Virus record (IMG/VR): IMGVR_UViG_3300028228_000217
Strand: one strand, 5' to 3'
Length of the DNA: 64,000 nucleotides
Origin: an uncultured virus (IMG/VR IMGVR_UViG_3300028228_000217)
Taxonomy: Duplodnaviria; Heunggongvirae; Uroviricota; Caudoviricetes
Shown: one piece after another, positions 29,368-39,284 of the stretch
Numbering within the stretch: position 1 is the stretch's first letter
How the letters are laid out: every line of letters starts with the position of its first letter
Program-made: the position numbers and the translations under genes
Notes under the pieces: generated by a model
Databases searched by the model: none
Told to the model about the DNA's origin: nothing
Seen by the model: the letters and a program-made list of their open reading frames with translations, nothing else

Positions 29368-30275
29368 ATATTTTCTCCATTCAAATGGCCATATGCTTGA
29401 CCCGATTTCATTTCGGTCTCTGTAAATTGGGCACACATTAAAGATTTTACCCAATCTTCTCTATCGCCAGCATATAAGGGGTCTTTAATTTGGTCTAGTT
29501 CATCTAAACCTAAACTTACAGGATAAGCAGGTGAGTGTTCACTACAAAAACTAGGTATGCCATTCATAACGGCATGTACAGCACACATAGAATGAAAAGA
29601 TACCATAGCATAACAATCTTTTAAATCTTCGCTTAATGGTTTATCTACTTTATCTCCCCAATCTACTTTACCTTTAAATTTTTCTCTAATCACAATAGGA
29701 TATGTTCTATCATACTTTGCAATCTTCTTAACAATGTCTTGTGTCCATTCATGTCTGTCTATACCATACCAAACGGCTGTATGATAACTAGGTGGTATAA
29801 TTAGAATGTGTTTACCATTATACTGCCATGGTTTTGGTGTTAATTCGTCTTTGCATTTTTGATTAAGTCTTTCCATAAGTTTATCGTATCTTCTATCGAC
29901 CTTATAAGACTTTTCTAAATAATTTTTTTGAGTATTGTTTTTACAGATACGATACCATCTATCGCCTGTGTCTGATTGTTGGTAGTCTTTCATAAAGAAG
30001 TATGGTTGGTCAAAGTAATACCAATCTCTCTTATCTGCAATGCAAACTTCTTGGACCTGTTTAGTTCCTCTTACAAGGCCTTGAAACACGACAGCCGTAT
30101 CTTCAGGTATTTCACCATTCCATGTTGGCCAGCTGAAATCTAAAAATCTATCAGCGCCTTTACCTGGCGATTTATTATTTTCTTTTGGATTAAAAACTTC
30201 ATGTTTATGTTTATCACAAAATGCCCTTACAAATGGTAATGAAGCTTTTTTAGTATCAAATAGATAAATTTTCAT
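29361..30275 (-). CDS. Capsular-polysaccharide-type glycosyltransferase-like protein
   Basis: WYYFDQPYF..YRI, ILIIPPS, IREK, SFHSMCAVHAVMNGIPSF. Confidence 0.6.
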   Translation of the reverse strand: MKIYLFDTKKASLPFVRAFCDKHKHEVFNPKENNKSPGKGADRFLDFSWPTWNGEIPEDTAVVFQGLVRGTKQVQEVCIADKRDWYYFDQPYFFMKDYQQSDTGDRWYRICKNNTQKNYLEKSYKVDRRYDKLMERLNQKCKDELTPKPWQYNGKHILIIPPSYHTAVWYGIDRHEWTQDIVKKIAKYDRTYPIVIREKFKGKVDWGDKVDKPLSEDLKDCYAMVSFHSMCAVHAVMNGIPSFCSEHSPAYPVSLGLDELDQIKDPLYAGDREDWVKSLMCAQFTETEMKSGQAYGHLNGENIW

Positions 30276-30864
30276 AACCAACCTTTTTAACATAATAACT
30301 ATCTACAATATCAGATAATGGATTACCTGTCTTATCTGTATCAAGTATTTGTTTCAAATTGTATTCTGGCAATTCTTTCACAAATGCCTCATACATCATA
30401 TCTTTGTCTGCATTACCTTTTCCAGTAGCACCTTTTTTAACAACACTAGGTACAACTGTGTGATAACCATACTCTTCTTCAAGTAAACGATATTTAAGAA
30501 TACCACAATTTTCAGCAATTTGAAATACACCTCGGCCTTTTGAACCAAAGGAGTATCCTTCAATGAAAATAATTGGTTGATTTTGTTTGTAATCTGATAA
30601 TAGGTCCATAACAAAATCTGATATATAAGTAAATCTTTCAATAGGGTCTTTCCATTCTTTATGTTCATAACCAGTTATATTTTCACCTTGTTTACCAATC
30701 CATTTCTTTTTACCTGTTAAGTAATGAAATGAAAAAGTACCACTTTTTATGTCGTCAATATGGACAGCTGGACTGGTTAAACTATAATCAATTCCAATCT
30801 TCGTCTTCCAAATCGTCTTCGTGTCGCTCTTCAATTTCTTCGTCATTTGATACCTCATGTCCAC
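30256..30864 (-). CDS. RuvC-like (RNase H fold) nuclease
   Basis: IGIDYS, FIEGYSF, VKK.ATGKGNADK, DIVDS. Confidence 0.75.
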   Translation of the reverse strand: MDMRYQMTKKLKSDTKTIWKTKIGIDYSLTSPAVHIDDIKSGTFSFHYLTGKKKWIGKQGENITGYEHKEWKDPIERFTYISDFVMDLLSDYKQNQPIIFIEGYSFGSKGRGVFQIAENCGILKYRLLEEEYGYHTVVPSVVKKGATGKGNADKDMMYEAFVKELPEYNLKQILDTDKTGNPLSDIVDSYYVKKVGYENLSI

Positions 30865-30970
30865 AAAATGGGCAAGTAAGTGGTTCTAAATCTTGCTCGT
30901 TAATATCCCATATTACGGTATATTTAGTTTCGCAGGAGGTACATGCTTTTTTTGATTTTTCCATTTGCAT
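30788..30970 (-). CDS. Small zinc-ribbon protein
   Basis: CTSC..CPFCG with acidic tail. Confidence 0.7.
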   Translation of the reverse strand: MQMEKSKKACTSCETKYTVIWDINEQDLEPLTCPFCGHEVSNDEEIEERHEDDLEDEDWN

Positions 30971-32073
30971 TATAGTTTAAATTTTTTGAATTGGTCTTTA
31001 GTTACATCTTGCTTAATGCCACCTATAACATAGGATTCAATTTCTGTTTCCTGTGGTGCATTTTGCATACCCTTACTGTTTAACCAATGGTCGACCCATG
31101 GTAAAGGATTTGTTTTTTGTTCGTACTGTGGTGTTAGGCCGATTGACTTCATTCTTCGGTTCGCCATGTACTCTACAAATTGGTGTAATAGTTTTTCTGA
31201 TAGTCCAATCATACTTCCTTGCGAAAATAGATATGTTGCCCATCTTTTTTCCTCTTCTACTGATTCTTCGTACATCTTGTACACTTCTTTTTCACATTCT
31301 TTTCTGATTTTGATAAAGTCTTTATCATCATTTCTATCATGCCAGTTATTAATAATTGTTTGTGACATTGCAAGGTGTTGACTTTCATCTCTTGCAATCA
31401 TAGAAATAATCTTAGCAGAACCTTCAAGTAATTTTAATTCACCAAATGCAAACGAACAAGCAAATGATACATAGAACCTTAGTCCTTCTAAGATGTTCAC
31501 ACTCACCATTGCAAGGTACATTTTCTTTTTAAGTTCTTGTAAATCAACTTTACTCTTATCAAGGTGCCATCTGTAACCCATTTCAATTAGGTCGTCATAA
31601 GTTTTTGTAACACTCTCAGCTCTTTTTTCAATCTTCTCATCTGTAAGAATAGTATCAAACACTTCACTAGGTTGTGAATAAAGATTTTTAATAATGTGTG
31701 TGTAACTTCTACTGTGAATTGTTTCCATGAAATCCCATGTAACAATACAACCTTCTAATTCAGGATTAGATACAAATGGTAAAAATGCTAAACATGGACC
31801 TCTACCTTGTACACTATCTAACATAGTTTGGTATTTTAGATTAGAAGTGAATATGAATTTTTGTTGGTCAGACAATTCAGCATAATCGTTTCTATCTTTT
31901 TGTAATGAAATCTCTTCAGGTCTCCAAAAATAACCTAACTGTTGTTGATTCAATTTATCAAAAATAGGATATTTCATATCACTATATTGTTGAACCTGTA
32001 GGTCTTCTCCAAAAAACATTGGTTGTTTCATTTGGTCTAATTTTTTATCTTTGTTAAATACACTTCTTGCCAT
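30970..32073 (-). CDS. nrdB: Ribonucleotide reductase class Ia beta subunit
   Basis: FWRPEE, ETIHSRSY, LEGLRFYVSF, RDESQH, APQETE. Confidence 0.97.
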   Translation of the reverse strand: MARSVFNKDKKLDQMKQPMFFGEDLQVQQYSDMKYPIFDKLNQQQLGYFWRPEEISLQKDRNDYAELSDQQKFIFTSNLKYQTMLDSVQGRGPCLAFLPFVSNPELEGCIVTWDFMETIHSRSYTHIIKNLYSQPSEVFDTILTDEKIEKRAESVTKTYDDLIEMGYRWHLDKSKVDLQELKKKMYLAMVSVNILEGLRFYVSFACSFAFGELKLLEGSAKIISMIARDESQHLAMSQTIINNWHDRNDDKDFIKIRKECEKEVYKMYEESVEEEKRWATYLFSQGSMIGLSEKLLHQFVEYMANRRMKSIGLTPQYEQKTNPLPWVDHWLNSKGMQNAPQETEIESYVIGGIKQDVTKDQFKKFKL

Positions 32074-32717
32074 TATTCTTTTCTTTCCTCTATATCATAA
32101 AAAAACTTATCGCTATCACCAGCTGTCCATTTTTGTTCACATTCTACACTATACTCTTTAGTGGACACATTGAAGTCTGGAAACTTCAACTCACTAGGAG
32201 TATAACTCTTATCATAAAATATCACTCTGTTGTTCGGTTGAGCTGCAAAGTAACCATTCTCTAATTTCAATATATTAAATGACTTATGTTGTGATGGTAC
32301 TTCACTATAAGTCACATTTCTTTCTAAATTTGTTGAGTTAGCATTGTCTATTGTAAACATATACCAACCTTTATACCATTGTTTGCTTGGTGACAAATAT
32401 TTACATTGATTGCCGATAAGCATTTGTTTTTCAATAATCGCAATATCATAACTAAAACAATCCCATAACTGCAATTCTGGTAATAATACTTCTCCTTTAT
32501 AATCTTTTTTCCATACAAAAGCACTAATAGGTAACTTATCATACAAAGCACCGTACTCTGGTATATAAGTTTCAAAATATAACGCTCTGCCTTGTATCGA
32601 CTTTGCTGTTACCCATACACCTTCAACTAACTCTCCGTGACCTTTTTGTCCATCATATAGATACTCTTTCTTAACATACACATCAACATGAGGTGTGTTA
32701 ACACACAAATATGCCAT
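32073..32717 (-). CDS. Conserved hypothetical protein between nrdA and nrdB
   Basis: GALYDKLPISAF, LQLWDCFSY, FAAQPNNR. Confidence 0.7.
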   Translation of the reverse strand: MAYLCVNTPHVDVYVKKEYLYDGQKGHGELVEGVWVTAKSIQGRALYFETYIPEYGALYDKLPISAFVWKKDYKGEVLLPELQLWDCFSYDIAIIEKQMLIGNQCKYLSPSKQWYKGWYMFTIDNANSTNLERNVTYSEVPSQHKSFNILKLENGYFAAQPNNRVIFYDKSYTPSELKFPDFNVSTKEYSVECEQKWTAGDSDKFFYDIEERKE

Positions 32718-32727
32718 ATATTTCTTT

Positions 32728-35043
32728 CTATATTGTACAGCTATCGCAATCTTCTTCAATTGCTAAAGTTGTAGGTTTGGTTACTTCTACATTATCTTTC
32801 CAACCAACTGGATGTGCTGGTTCGTCAATATCACTTTTTGAATCATAAGTATTTTGATAATAAGAAGTCTTCCAACCTAGTTTATATGTAGTCAATAAGT
32901 CTTGTGCCATAACAGACACAGGTACCTGGTTGTCTTCATAATTTTCTGGATTGTAAGACCAATTACCACTAATTGCTTGGTCAAAATACTTTTGCATTAC
33001 TGCAACGATATTTATATATCCTTCATTCCCTTTCATGTCCCATAATAGAGTATAAAAGTTCTTTAATCTAGGATAATCTGGTACAACTTGTTTTAGTGTA
33101 CCTTTCTTAGACTTTTTAATACTTAAATAATCTCTAGGTGGTTCAATGCCGTTTGTAGCATTAGAAACCACACTAGAAGATTCAGACGGCATTTGAGCTG
33201 ATAAGGTGCTATGTCTTAAACCATACTCTTTGATATCTTTACGGAGTTGTTCCCATTTCATAGACAGTTTTCTGCTCGAAATTTCGTCAACTTCCTTTTT
33301 GTAAGTATCAATAGGTAGGATGCCATCTGAATATTTGGTACGGTGAAAATACTCACAAGGTCCTTTTTCTTGTGCAACTTCATTACTAGCCTTCAATAGG
33401 TAATATTGAAAAGCCTCTGTTAATTCGTCAACTTTTGTCCAAGCTTCTTTCTCATCATATTTTAATTTGTTTTTTGCTAGGTAGTGTGCAAGACCAATAT
33501 AACCAATACCAAGACTTCTTCTTGCCTTTGTAGATACTTCGGCTGCCTTAACAGGATATTGTTGATGGTCTATAATTTCTTCTAATGCTCTTACAGCAAG
33601 GTCACATAATACTTCTAATTCATCAAGAGAAGATAATTTACCAACATTGATTGCACTTAAAATACATAATGCAATTTCTCCCTTACCATCAATGTGTTGA
33701 ATAGGGTCTGTAGGTAATGTTATCTCCTGGCATAAGTTTGACATGTAAATTCTATCTTTAAAACTAGAATGAGTATTACAATGGTCAATGTTCATTATGT
33801 AAATTCTACCGGTTTCTGCTCTCTCTTTGAGCATAGCAAAAAACAAGGTTTGTGCTGACACTTTCTTTTTAGCAACACTTGTTTTTCTTTCTGCTGTTCG
33901 GTATAGTTCGTCAAATTGGTCACTTCCCCACGCTTCATAAAGTTCTGGCACTTCGTGTGGCGAGAAGAGTGTGATGTCTTCGTCATTTATAAACCTTTCA
34001 TAAAATAATTTAGACAACTGAATTGAATAATCTAATTTTCGTACTCTGTTATCCTCTGTACCTTTATTGTTCTTCAAAACAATAATATCTTCTATTTCTT
34101 TATGCCAAACAGGAAAGTGAACCGTTGCACTCCCACCTCTAACACCGTTTTGAGTACAACACTTAACTGTTGCTTCAAACTTTTTGAGGAATGGTACAAC
34201 TCCTGTGTGTTGGACTTCACCGCCTCTAATTCTCGAATTGATTCCACGAATACGGCCGGCGTTAATACCAATACCAGCCCTTTGTGCAACATAACTGCCA
34301 ATAGCCATATCACTACTGAAAATACTAGGCAAAGTATCATCAACATCAACCAACACACAACTAGCATACTGTTTAATAGGCGTTCTAACACCGGCCATAA
34401 CTGGAGTAGGAATATTGATTTTAAATCTTGAAATAGCGTCATAATATTTTTTAACATATGTCAACCTTTTTTCTTTTGGGTACTTGGCGAATAGTGTAGC
34501 ACTAATCATCATATACATAAACTGTGGTGATTCAAATAACTCACCTGTACTTCTATCTTGTACTAGATATTTGTCAACGACTTGTTGTAGGCCAGCATAA
34601 GTGAAATCGTAATCTCTTTCATGCGAAATCCAGTTTTCCATTCTGTCAAAATCTTTTTTCTCATACAAAGATAAAATATCTTTATCATAAACACCTTTAT
34701 CAACACCTCTAGTAACATGTTCAAAAATATGTGGATGGTCCCATAATCTACCGAAAATTTGTTTTCTTAGACTATAAAGTAATAGTCTAGCAGCTACATA
34801 CTGATAATTAGGATTGTCTAAAGAGATAAGGTCAGAAGCGGACTTAATTAGAATTTTTTGAATTTCATCTGTAGTCATACCATCATAAAATTGTAGACCA
34901 CTTGACATCTCTACCTGAGATGATGAAACGCCTGTAATATCTTCACACGCATACTCAACCATTTCATGTATCTTTTCAATGTTAAGAGGTTCACTACCTC
35001 TGCCGTTTCTTTTTTGTACATTTAATATCTCTTTATTTACCAT
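32728..35043 (-). CDS. nrdA: Ribonucleotide reductase class Ia alpha subunit
   Basis: N-terminal ATP cone, SCVL, SNLCQEI, MPSESSS..NATNGIEP, C-terminal CDSC. Confidence 0.98.
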   Translation of the reverse strand: MVNKEILNVQKRNGRGSEPLNIEKIHEMVEYACEDITGVSSSQVEMSSGLQFYDGMTTDEIQKILIKSASDLISLDNPNYQYVAARLLLYSLRKQIFGRLWDHPHIFEHVTRGVDKGVYDKDILSLYEKKDFDRMENWISHERDYDFTYAGLQQVVDKYLVQDRSTGELFESPQFMYMMISATLFAKYPKEKRLTYVKKYYDAISRFKINIPTPVMAGVRTPIKQYASCVLVDVDDTLPSIFSSDMAIGSYVAQRAGIGINAGRIRGINSRIRGGEVQHTGVVPFLKKFEATVKCCTQNGVRGGSATVHFPVWHKEIEDIIVLKNNKGTEDNRVRKLDYSIQLSKLFYERFINDEDITLFSPHEVPELYEAWGSDQFDELYRTAERKTSVAKKKVSAQTLFFAMLKERAETGRIYIMNIDHCNTHSSFKDRIYMSNLCQEITLPTDPIQHIDGKGEIALCILSAINVGKLSSLDELEVLCDLAVRALEEIIDHQQYPVKAAEVSTKARRSLGIGYIGLAHYLAKNKLKYDEKEAWTKVDELTEAFQYYLLKASNEVAQEKGPCEYFHRTKYSDGILPIDTYKKEVDEISSRKLSMKWEQLRKDIKEYGLRHSTLSAQMPSESSSVVSNATNGIEPPRDYLSIKKSKKGTLKQVVPDYPRLKNFYTLLWDMKGNEGYINIVAVMQKYFDQAISGNWSYNPENYEDNQVPVSVMAQDLLTTYKLGWKTSYYQNTYDSKSDIDEPAHPVGWKDNVEVTKPTTLAIEEDCDSCTI

Positions 35044-35052
35044 TCATTTCTC

Positions 35053-36051
35053 CTAACATTTCTTAAAGTAACTTAATTTGGTTAACGCTTCTAACTGAGC
35101 AAAGGTGTTGTTACTTATAATAGTTTGCACCTCAGCCTTACTCATTCCAGATAGAATCATATCATTAATGTCTTTATGTCGCATATCATCTGGCCACACG
35201 ACAAGGTTGTAATCTTTCTCTACCACATCATACATTCTTTTAACAATTTCTTTGTTTCTCGGTTCATTATCAAATATATATGTTATATTAACAGGTTCTA
35301 TTCGTAATGTCAAGTCTGCACCGGCAGCCGCTAAACAATTATTTAAAAACATACTATCTATTGGTCCTTCGACTATAGTAATATGGTCTTGTAAGTTAAC
35401 AGTATCTAAACCATAAACTTTTTGTTTATTCTCGTCTAACTTAATAGTTAGATATTTTGGTTGTTCTTTGCCGAATGCTCGGCCTTGAAAAGCGAATACT
35501 TTTCCGTCTTTGTCATAAAAAGGTATAATCAACCTAGGGTGTTCACCTTTCGTATGAGTAAAAGTATTTGGCTTCACTTTGTTAACAAAAGACATAAACT
35601 TGTCACTTAAATATAATTTAGAATAATACGATTCGGGTATCTTTCTATTTTTTACATATTGTAATACTGGATGGCCTTCTTTCAGTTCGCTGACCGATTG
35701 AAGACCGTCTAATATGTCTACTTCTTTAAAATCTGGTTTAAAATCTGTAAACTTCGGCTGAGGCGTGGAGGGTGCCGACCCTTTATATCTCTCTAATAGA
35801 TAATTTTCATATTTCTTGATGTCTATAAATTTTAGAAAGTTTGAAAAAGATTGTCCTTCGCCACAGTTGTGGCATTTGAAAAACATATCATTTTTCACTC
35901 TGTAGAAGTATGCTCTGGCCTTTGTCTTGTTCCTCTTAGAATCACCACAATGTGGACATCTAAAGTTAAAAAGATAGTCACCTTTCTTCTTAAACTGCGA
36001 CAATCTGGCAGACACTTCATTTATGTATTTTAAATCAATATAACTCGACAT
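35053..36051 (-). CDS. gp61: DNA primase gp61
   Basis: CPHCGD..CHNC zinc finger, VEGPIDS, DNEPRN, KDINDM. Confidence 0.95.
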   Translation of the reverse strand: MSSYIDLKYINEVSARLSQFKKKGDYLFNFRCPHCGDSKRNKTKARAYFYRVKNDMFFKCHNCGEGQSFSNFLKFIDIKKYENYLLERYKGSAPSTPQPKFTDFKPDFKEVDILDGLQSVSELKEGHPVLQYVKNRKIPESYYSKLYLSDKFMSFVNKVKPNTFTHTKGEHPRLIIPFYDKDGKVFAFQGRAFGKEQPKYLTIKLDENKQKVYGLDTVNLQDHITIVEGPIDSMFLNNCLAAAGADLTLRIEPVNITYIFDNEPRNKEIVKRMYDVVEKDYNLVVWPDDMRHKDINDMILSGMSKAEVQTIISNNTFAQLEALTKLSYFKKC

Positions 36052-36169
36052 AGCAACTCACATTATATAGTAAACTTATTCATTTGTCAATGGTGGAAAA
36101 AACTTTCCAGTGAAAAAATAGCACCGAGGTTTCCAGCGCTGTTTTTTTGACCAATCTATTCCAGTTGGT

Positions 36170-36595
36170 CTACTTAATCATCTGTAGGATTTCGTGACCG
36201 TTTAAGGCTATAAACCACCCTATAACAACGGCACCGCCCATTATTAACCATCTGTACTTCTCTAGTATACCAACTCTCCCACCAATGTCAAGCTTCATTT
36301 GTCGTATCTCTAAAAGTAATTTCTTTTCTACTTGTTGGATTTCTTTTGATAATTCTGTATGAACTTTGCCTATCTCACCAGCTCGTTCTTTAAGTTTATC
36401 AAATATAATTTCATCAATCTGTTCTTGCCTAGCAATCTTCTCTTCGTGTACGGCTAACATCTGTTTTATAGATGTAGATACATCTGTCAACTTTTCAATA
36501 GCAGTATCTAATCTACTATTCAAGTTGTAGGCCTGCTCAATGTCTTTTTTGACGCCGGCTACTTCTACCTTTAAGTCGGTGATATTATCTGCCAT
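36170..36595 (-). CDS. Coiled-coil protein with C-terminal TM
   Basis: MLAVHEEKI..LEKYRW followed by TM. Confidence 0.65.
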   Translation of the reverse strand: MADNITDLKVEVAGVKKDIEQAYNLNSRLDTAIEKLTDVSTSIKQMLAVHEEKIARQEQIDEIIFDKLKERAGEIGKVHTELSKEIQQVEKKLLLEIRQMKLDIGGRVGILEKYRWLIMGGAVVIGWFIALNGHEILQMIK

Positions 36596-36724
36596 TTTTT
36601 CTCTCTCGTTTAATGCTTAACAATCCTTGCAAGGACGGAATAAAAGGTCTAATCATTCTTACTTGATGATAACATAATTGGAGTTATCTTTTTTCTATAT
36701 TGACCTCTATAGTTATTTAGGTAT

Positions 36725-36922
36725 TTACGCCGTTAAACGAATGTTTAATTCTTCACATCTTTTCATTATGTAAAGTTTTTTCTGCGTTTTCCTCCTCCTT
36801 CTATCTTTTTGTTTTCTAATCTGAACCCAACTATCAAATAATAGGTATAATTGTGTTCTATGGTCGGTTCTTCTTCTTTTCTTAATTACTTGATATAGTT
36901 TCCTATGTTGTAATCTAGTCAA
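36725..36922 (-). CDS. Small highly basic protein
   Basis: Arg/Lys-rich 65 aa; SD GGAGG upstream of TTG start. Confidence 0.45.
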   Translation of the reverse strand: MTRLQHRKLYQVIKKRRRTDHRTQLYLLFDSWVQIRKQKDRRRRKTQKKLYIMKRCEELNIRLTA

Positions 36923-36960
36923 TCAGCCTCCTTCTAGTTGTTAGAAAATATTATGATATA

Positions 36961-38829
36961 TTAAGCACCCTCCTTCTTCATCACCGGTTTATAAATTGTG
37001 ATTAGTTCTTCTTTACCTTTTACTTTAATTTTATCAACTTCAATAGACTCGACATCTTTGAGTTGTTCCATTGTATAAGAAGAATATAATGTAGCAAGAA
37101 TATTACCTTTCTTATCTTTGTAATTTCTTGTCGCAGCCTCTAGTCTAGCAGCTAAGTTTACTGCGTCACCTATTACTGAGTAGTCAAATCTCATGTCACT
37201 ACCCATATTACCAACGATACATGTTCCTGTGTTGACACCTGAACCAATGTTAATCTCTGGCAAACCTTTATCTTTAAATTCTTTCTTTAATAATGCTGTT
37301 TCTTTAGCACACTCTATACTCGTCTTAACAGCCATCTCCGCATGGTTAGGACAGTCTAAGGGTGCGTTCCAGAATGCCATTATGCAATCGCCCATATACT
37401 TATCAATTGTGCCACCATTGTCTAATACTATCTTACTCATTCTATTTAAATAATCATTAATAACAACGACTAGGCCTTCGGGGTCATCATTGTTCTTATA
37501 ATGTTCTGAAATTGGTGTGAAACCTACAATATCCATGAATAGAAAAGACATCTCTCGTCTTTCTCCACCTAACTTCAATTTACTAGGGTCTTTTTGAAGT
37601 ATGGCAACTTGTCTAGGGTCTAAGTATGATTCAAACTGCTTTCTTATCTGTTGTTTTAATTTAAACTCTAATATAAATCTGTTGAATATACTATGTAAGC
37701 CAACAAACATTATTGTTACTAAAATCCATGTAACATCTACTAACATCAATTTATTATTGAAGAAGTAAGTTGTACTATACACTGCTATGCCTGAAAAGGC
37801 AAGCATTAATCCACCAACAACATAGTAAGGAGTAAATCTTGTAAATACTATTATACACGAACCTACTAAAAAGGCAAGCGTCAATTCAAGTAACCATGAT
37901 ATATCCACTCTTGTGATGTTAACTCCATCTATTACTGTTTGTACTGTTGAAGCAACTGCAACATAATCGTATTGTGGACCTGTTGGTGAGGCAATCACAC
38001 CACCTAATCCCTCTGCTTTTATACCAATGATTATAGTTTTGCCTCGTAAACTAATTTCATTTGTATCTAAATCTGCTAATGAGATTTCAGGATAAGATTT
38101 ATTCCAAGATAACCATATTCTTGCGTGTTGGTCTGTTTTGATTGTTGCAAAACCTGGCACTCTCATAGCAATAATACCTGAGGCACCAGACTTAACTTGA
38201 TAACTAGGGTCACCAACTGCAACTCTAATAACTTCTATTGCAATATTTGGATAAACATCATTACCTATTTTCATAAGCAATGGCATTCTTCTTACTACAC
38301 CATCTATTTCTGTACTAACATTTGTTACACCAACACCAGCTGCATTGTCACCAATCTCTGGTATCGGACCAACCATTCCTGGCCATGAGAATAACCACTC
38401 TAATGGATTACCAATCTTGGCAACACCTCTAGGATAACCATTCTTAGTTGTTTGATTTGAACCTGTTTGTGCAACAACAACATAATTGTTTTGTAAAACT
38501 TTTGCTAAGTAGTCATCACCACCCAATCTATCTGGTTCTGAAAATAAAATAGGTAGAACAATTACACCTGCACCTTGAGCGCTTAGTTGTAATATTGTAT
38601 CGGCAAGTACATCTCTTTTCCAAGGCCATTGACCATTCTTTTCTATAGACTTTTCATCTATAGTAATTACTACAATGTCTTTTGAGATTTCTTTTTGTTG
38701 AGATTGAAAAAGTAGGTCAAATGATTTTAACCTTAGAATTTCTTTTACCTGTGGTTCTTGTAACCCTATCCAAGTAAGGGCAAACAATGTCACAAAGGCA
38801 AATGCCCAATTGGTAAAAATCTTCTTCAT
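36961..38829 (-). CDS. CHASE2-domain class III adenylate cyclase
   Basis: IDEKSI..GQWPW.R and DGVVRR (CHASE2), three TMs, FMDIVGFT, DKYMGD, DYSVIGDAVNLAARLE. Confidence 0.93.
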   Translation of the reverse strand: MKKIFTNWAFAFVTLFALTWIGLQEPQVKEILRLKSFDLLFQSQQKEISKDIVVITIDEKSIEKNGQWPWKRDVLADTILQLSAQGAGVIVLPILFSEPDRLGGDDYLAKVLQNNYVVVAQTGSNQTTKNGYPRGVAKIGNPLEWLFSWPGMVGPIPEIGDNAAGVGVTNVSTEIDGVVRRMPLLMKIGNDVYPNIAIEVIRVAVGDPSYQVKSGASGIIAMRVPGFATIKTDQHARIWLSWNKSYPEISLADLDTNEISLRGKTIIIGIKAEGLGGVIASPTGPQYDYVAVASTVQTVIDGVNITRVDISWLLELTLAFLVGSCIIVFTRFTPYYVVGGLMLAFSGIAVYSTTYFFNNKLMLVDVTWILVTIMFVGLHSIFNRFILEFKLKQQIRKQFESYLDPRQVAILQKDPSKLKLGGERREMSFLFMDIVGFTPISEHYKNNDDPEGLVVVINDYLNRMSKIVLDNGGTIDKYMGDCIMAFWNAPLDCPNHAEMAVKTSIECAKETALLKKEFKDKGLPEINIGSGVNTGTCIVGNMGSDMRFDYSVIGDAVNLAARLEAATRNYKDKKGNILATLYSSYTMEQLKDVESIEVDKIKVKGKEELITIYKPVMKKEGA

Positions 38830-38843
38830 TACTTTTATTTATC

Positions 38844-39284
38844 CTAGTTTTGATTAACAGTCATTGTACACCAAGCAGCACCACAAAATAATGTAGAAGT
38901 ATAATCTAAATTATTACCGTTTTGATAGATATAGAAAGAACTACCTGTGCCTGTACCACCTGATATGTTCAAGTCAACTTTATTATCATTACCATTCTGT
39001 TTTATTTCCATAGTGGCACCTGAAAAGTTATTAGGTGTTAAATCAATAACATTATCTACTCCGTCTTGCACTATGTTTAAAGAATTGTTATTGCCTGATA
39101 ATGTGGCATTAAAGTCATTTGCTATTGCTTTAGTGGACAGAGTTGCGAAACATAAAAACAATCCAAACCACAACGCCACAATAAACCAATTGTTTGGGTC
39201 TTTATTGATTCTGTTGAATGTAGATTTGATTACTGCCTTCGCCAAGTGTATAATCCCTAATTTCTGTATCTTGTTGTGTAACAT
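38844..39284 (-). CDS. Curlin-like protein (short)
   Basis: Hydrophobic signal then Q-x-G-x-x-N repeats (IVQDGVDN, IKQNGNDN, IYQNGNN). Confidence 0.65.
   Translation of the reverse strand: MLHNKIQKLGIIHLAKAVIKSTFNRINKDPNNWFIVALWFGLFLCFATLSTKAIANDFNATLSGNNNSLNIVQDGVDNVIDLTPNNFSGATMEIKQNGNDNKVDLNISGGTGTGSSFYIYQNGNNLDYTSTLFCGAAWCTMTVNQN

Noticed and set aside
32073..32717. Intron or homing endonuclease between nrdA and nrdB
   Set aside because: Both nrd genes are intact and the ORF lacks HNH, GIY-YIG or LAGLIDADG motifs
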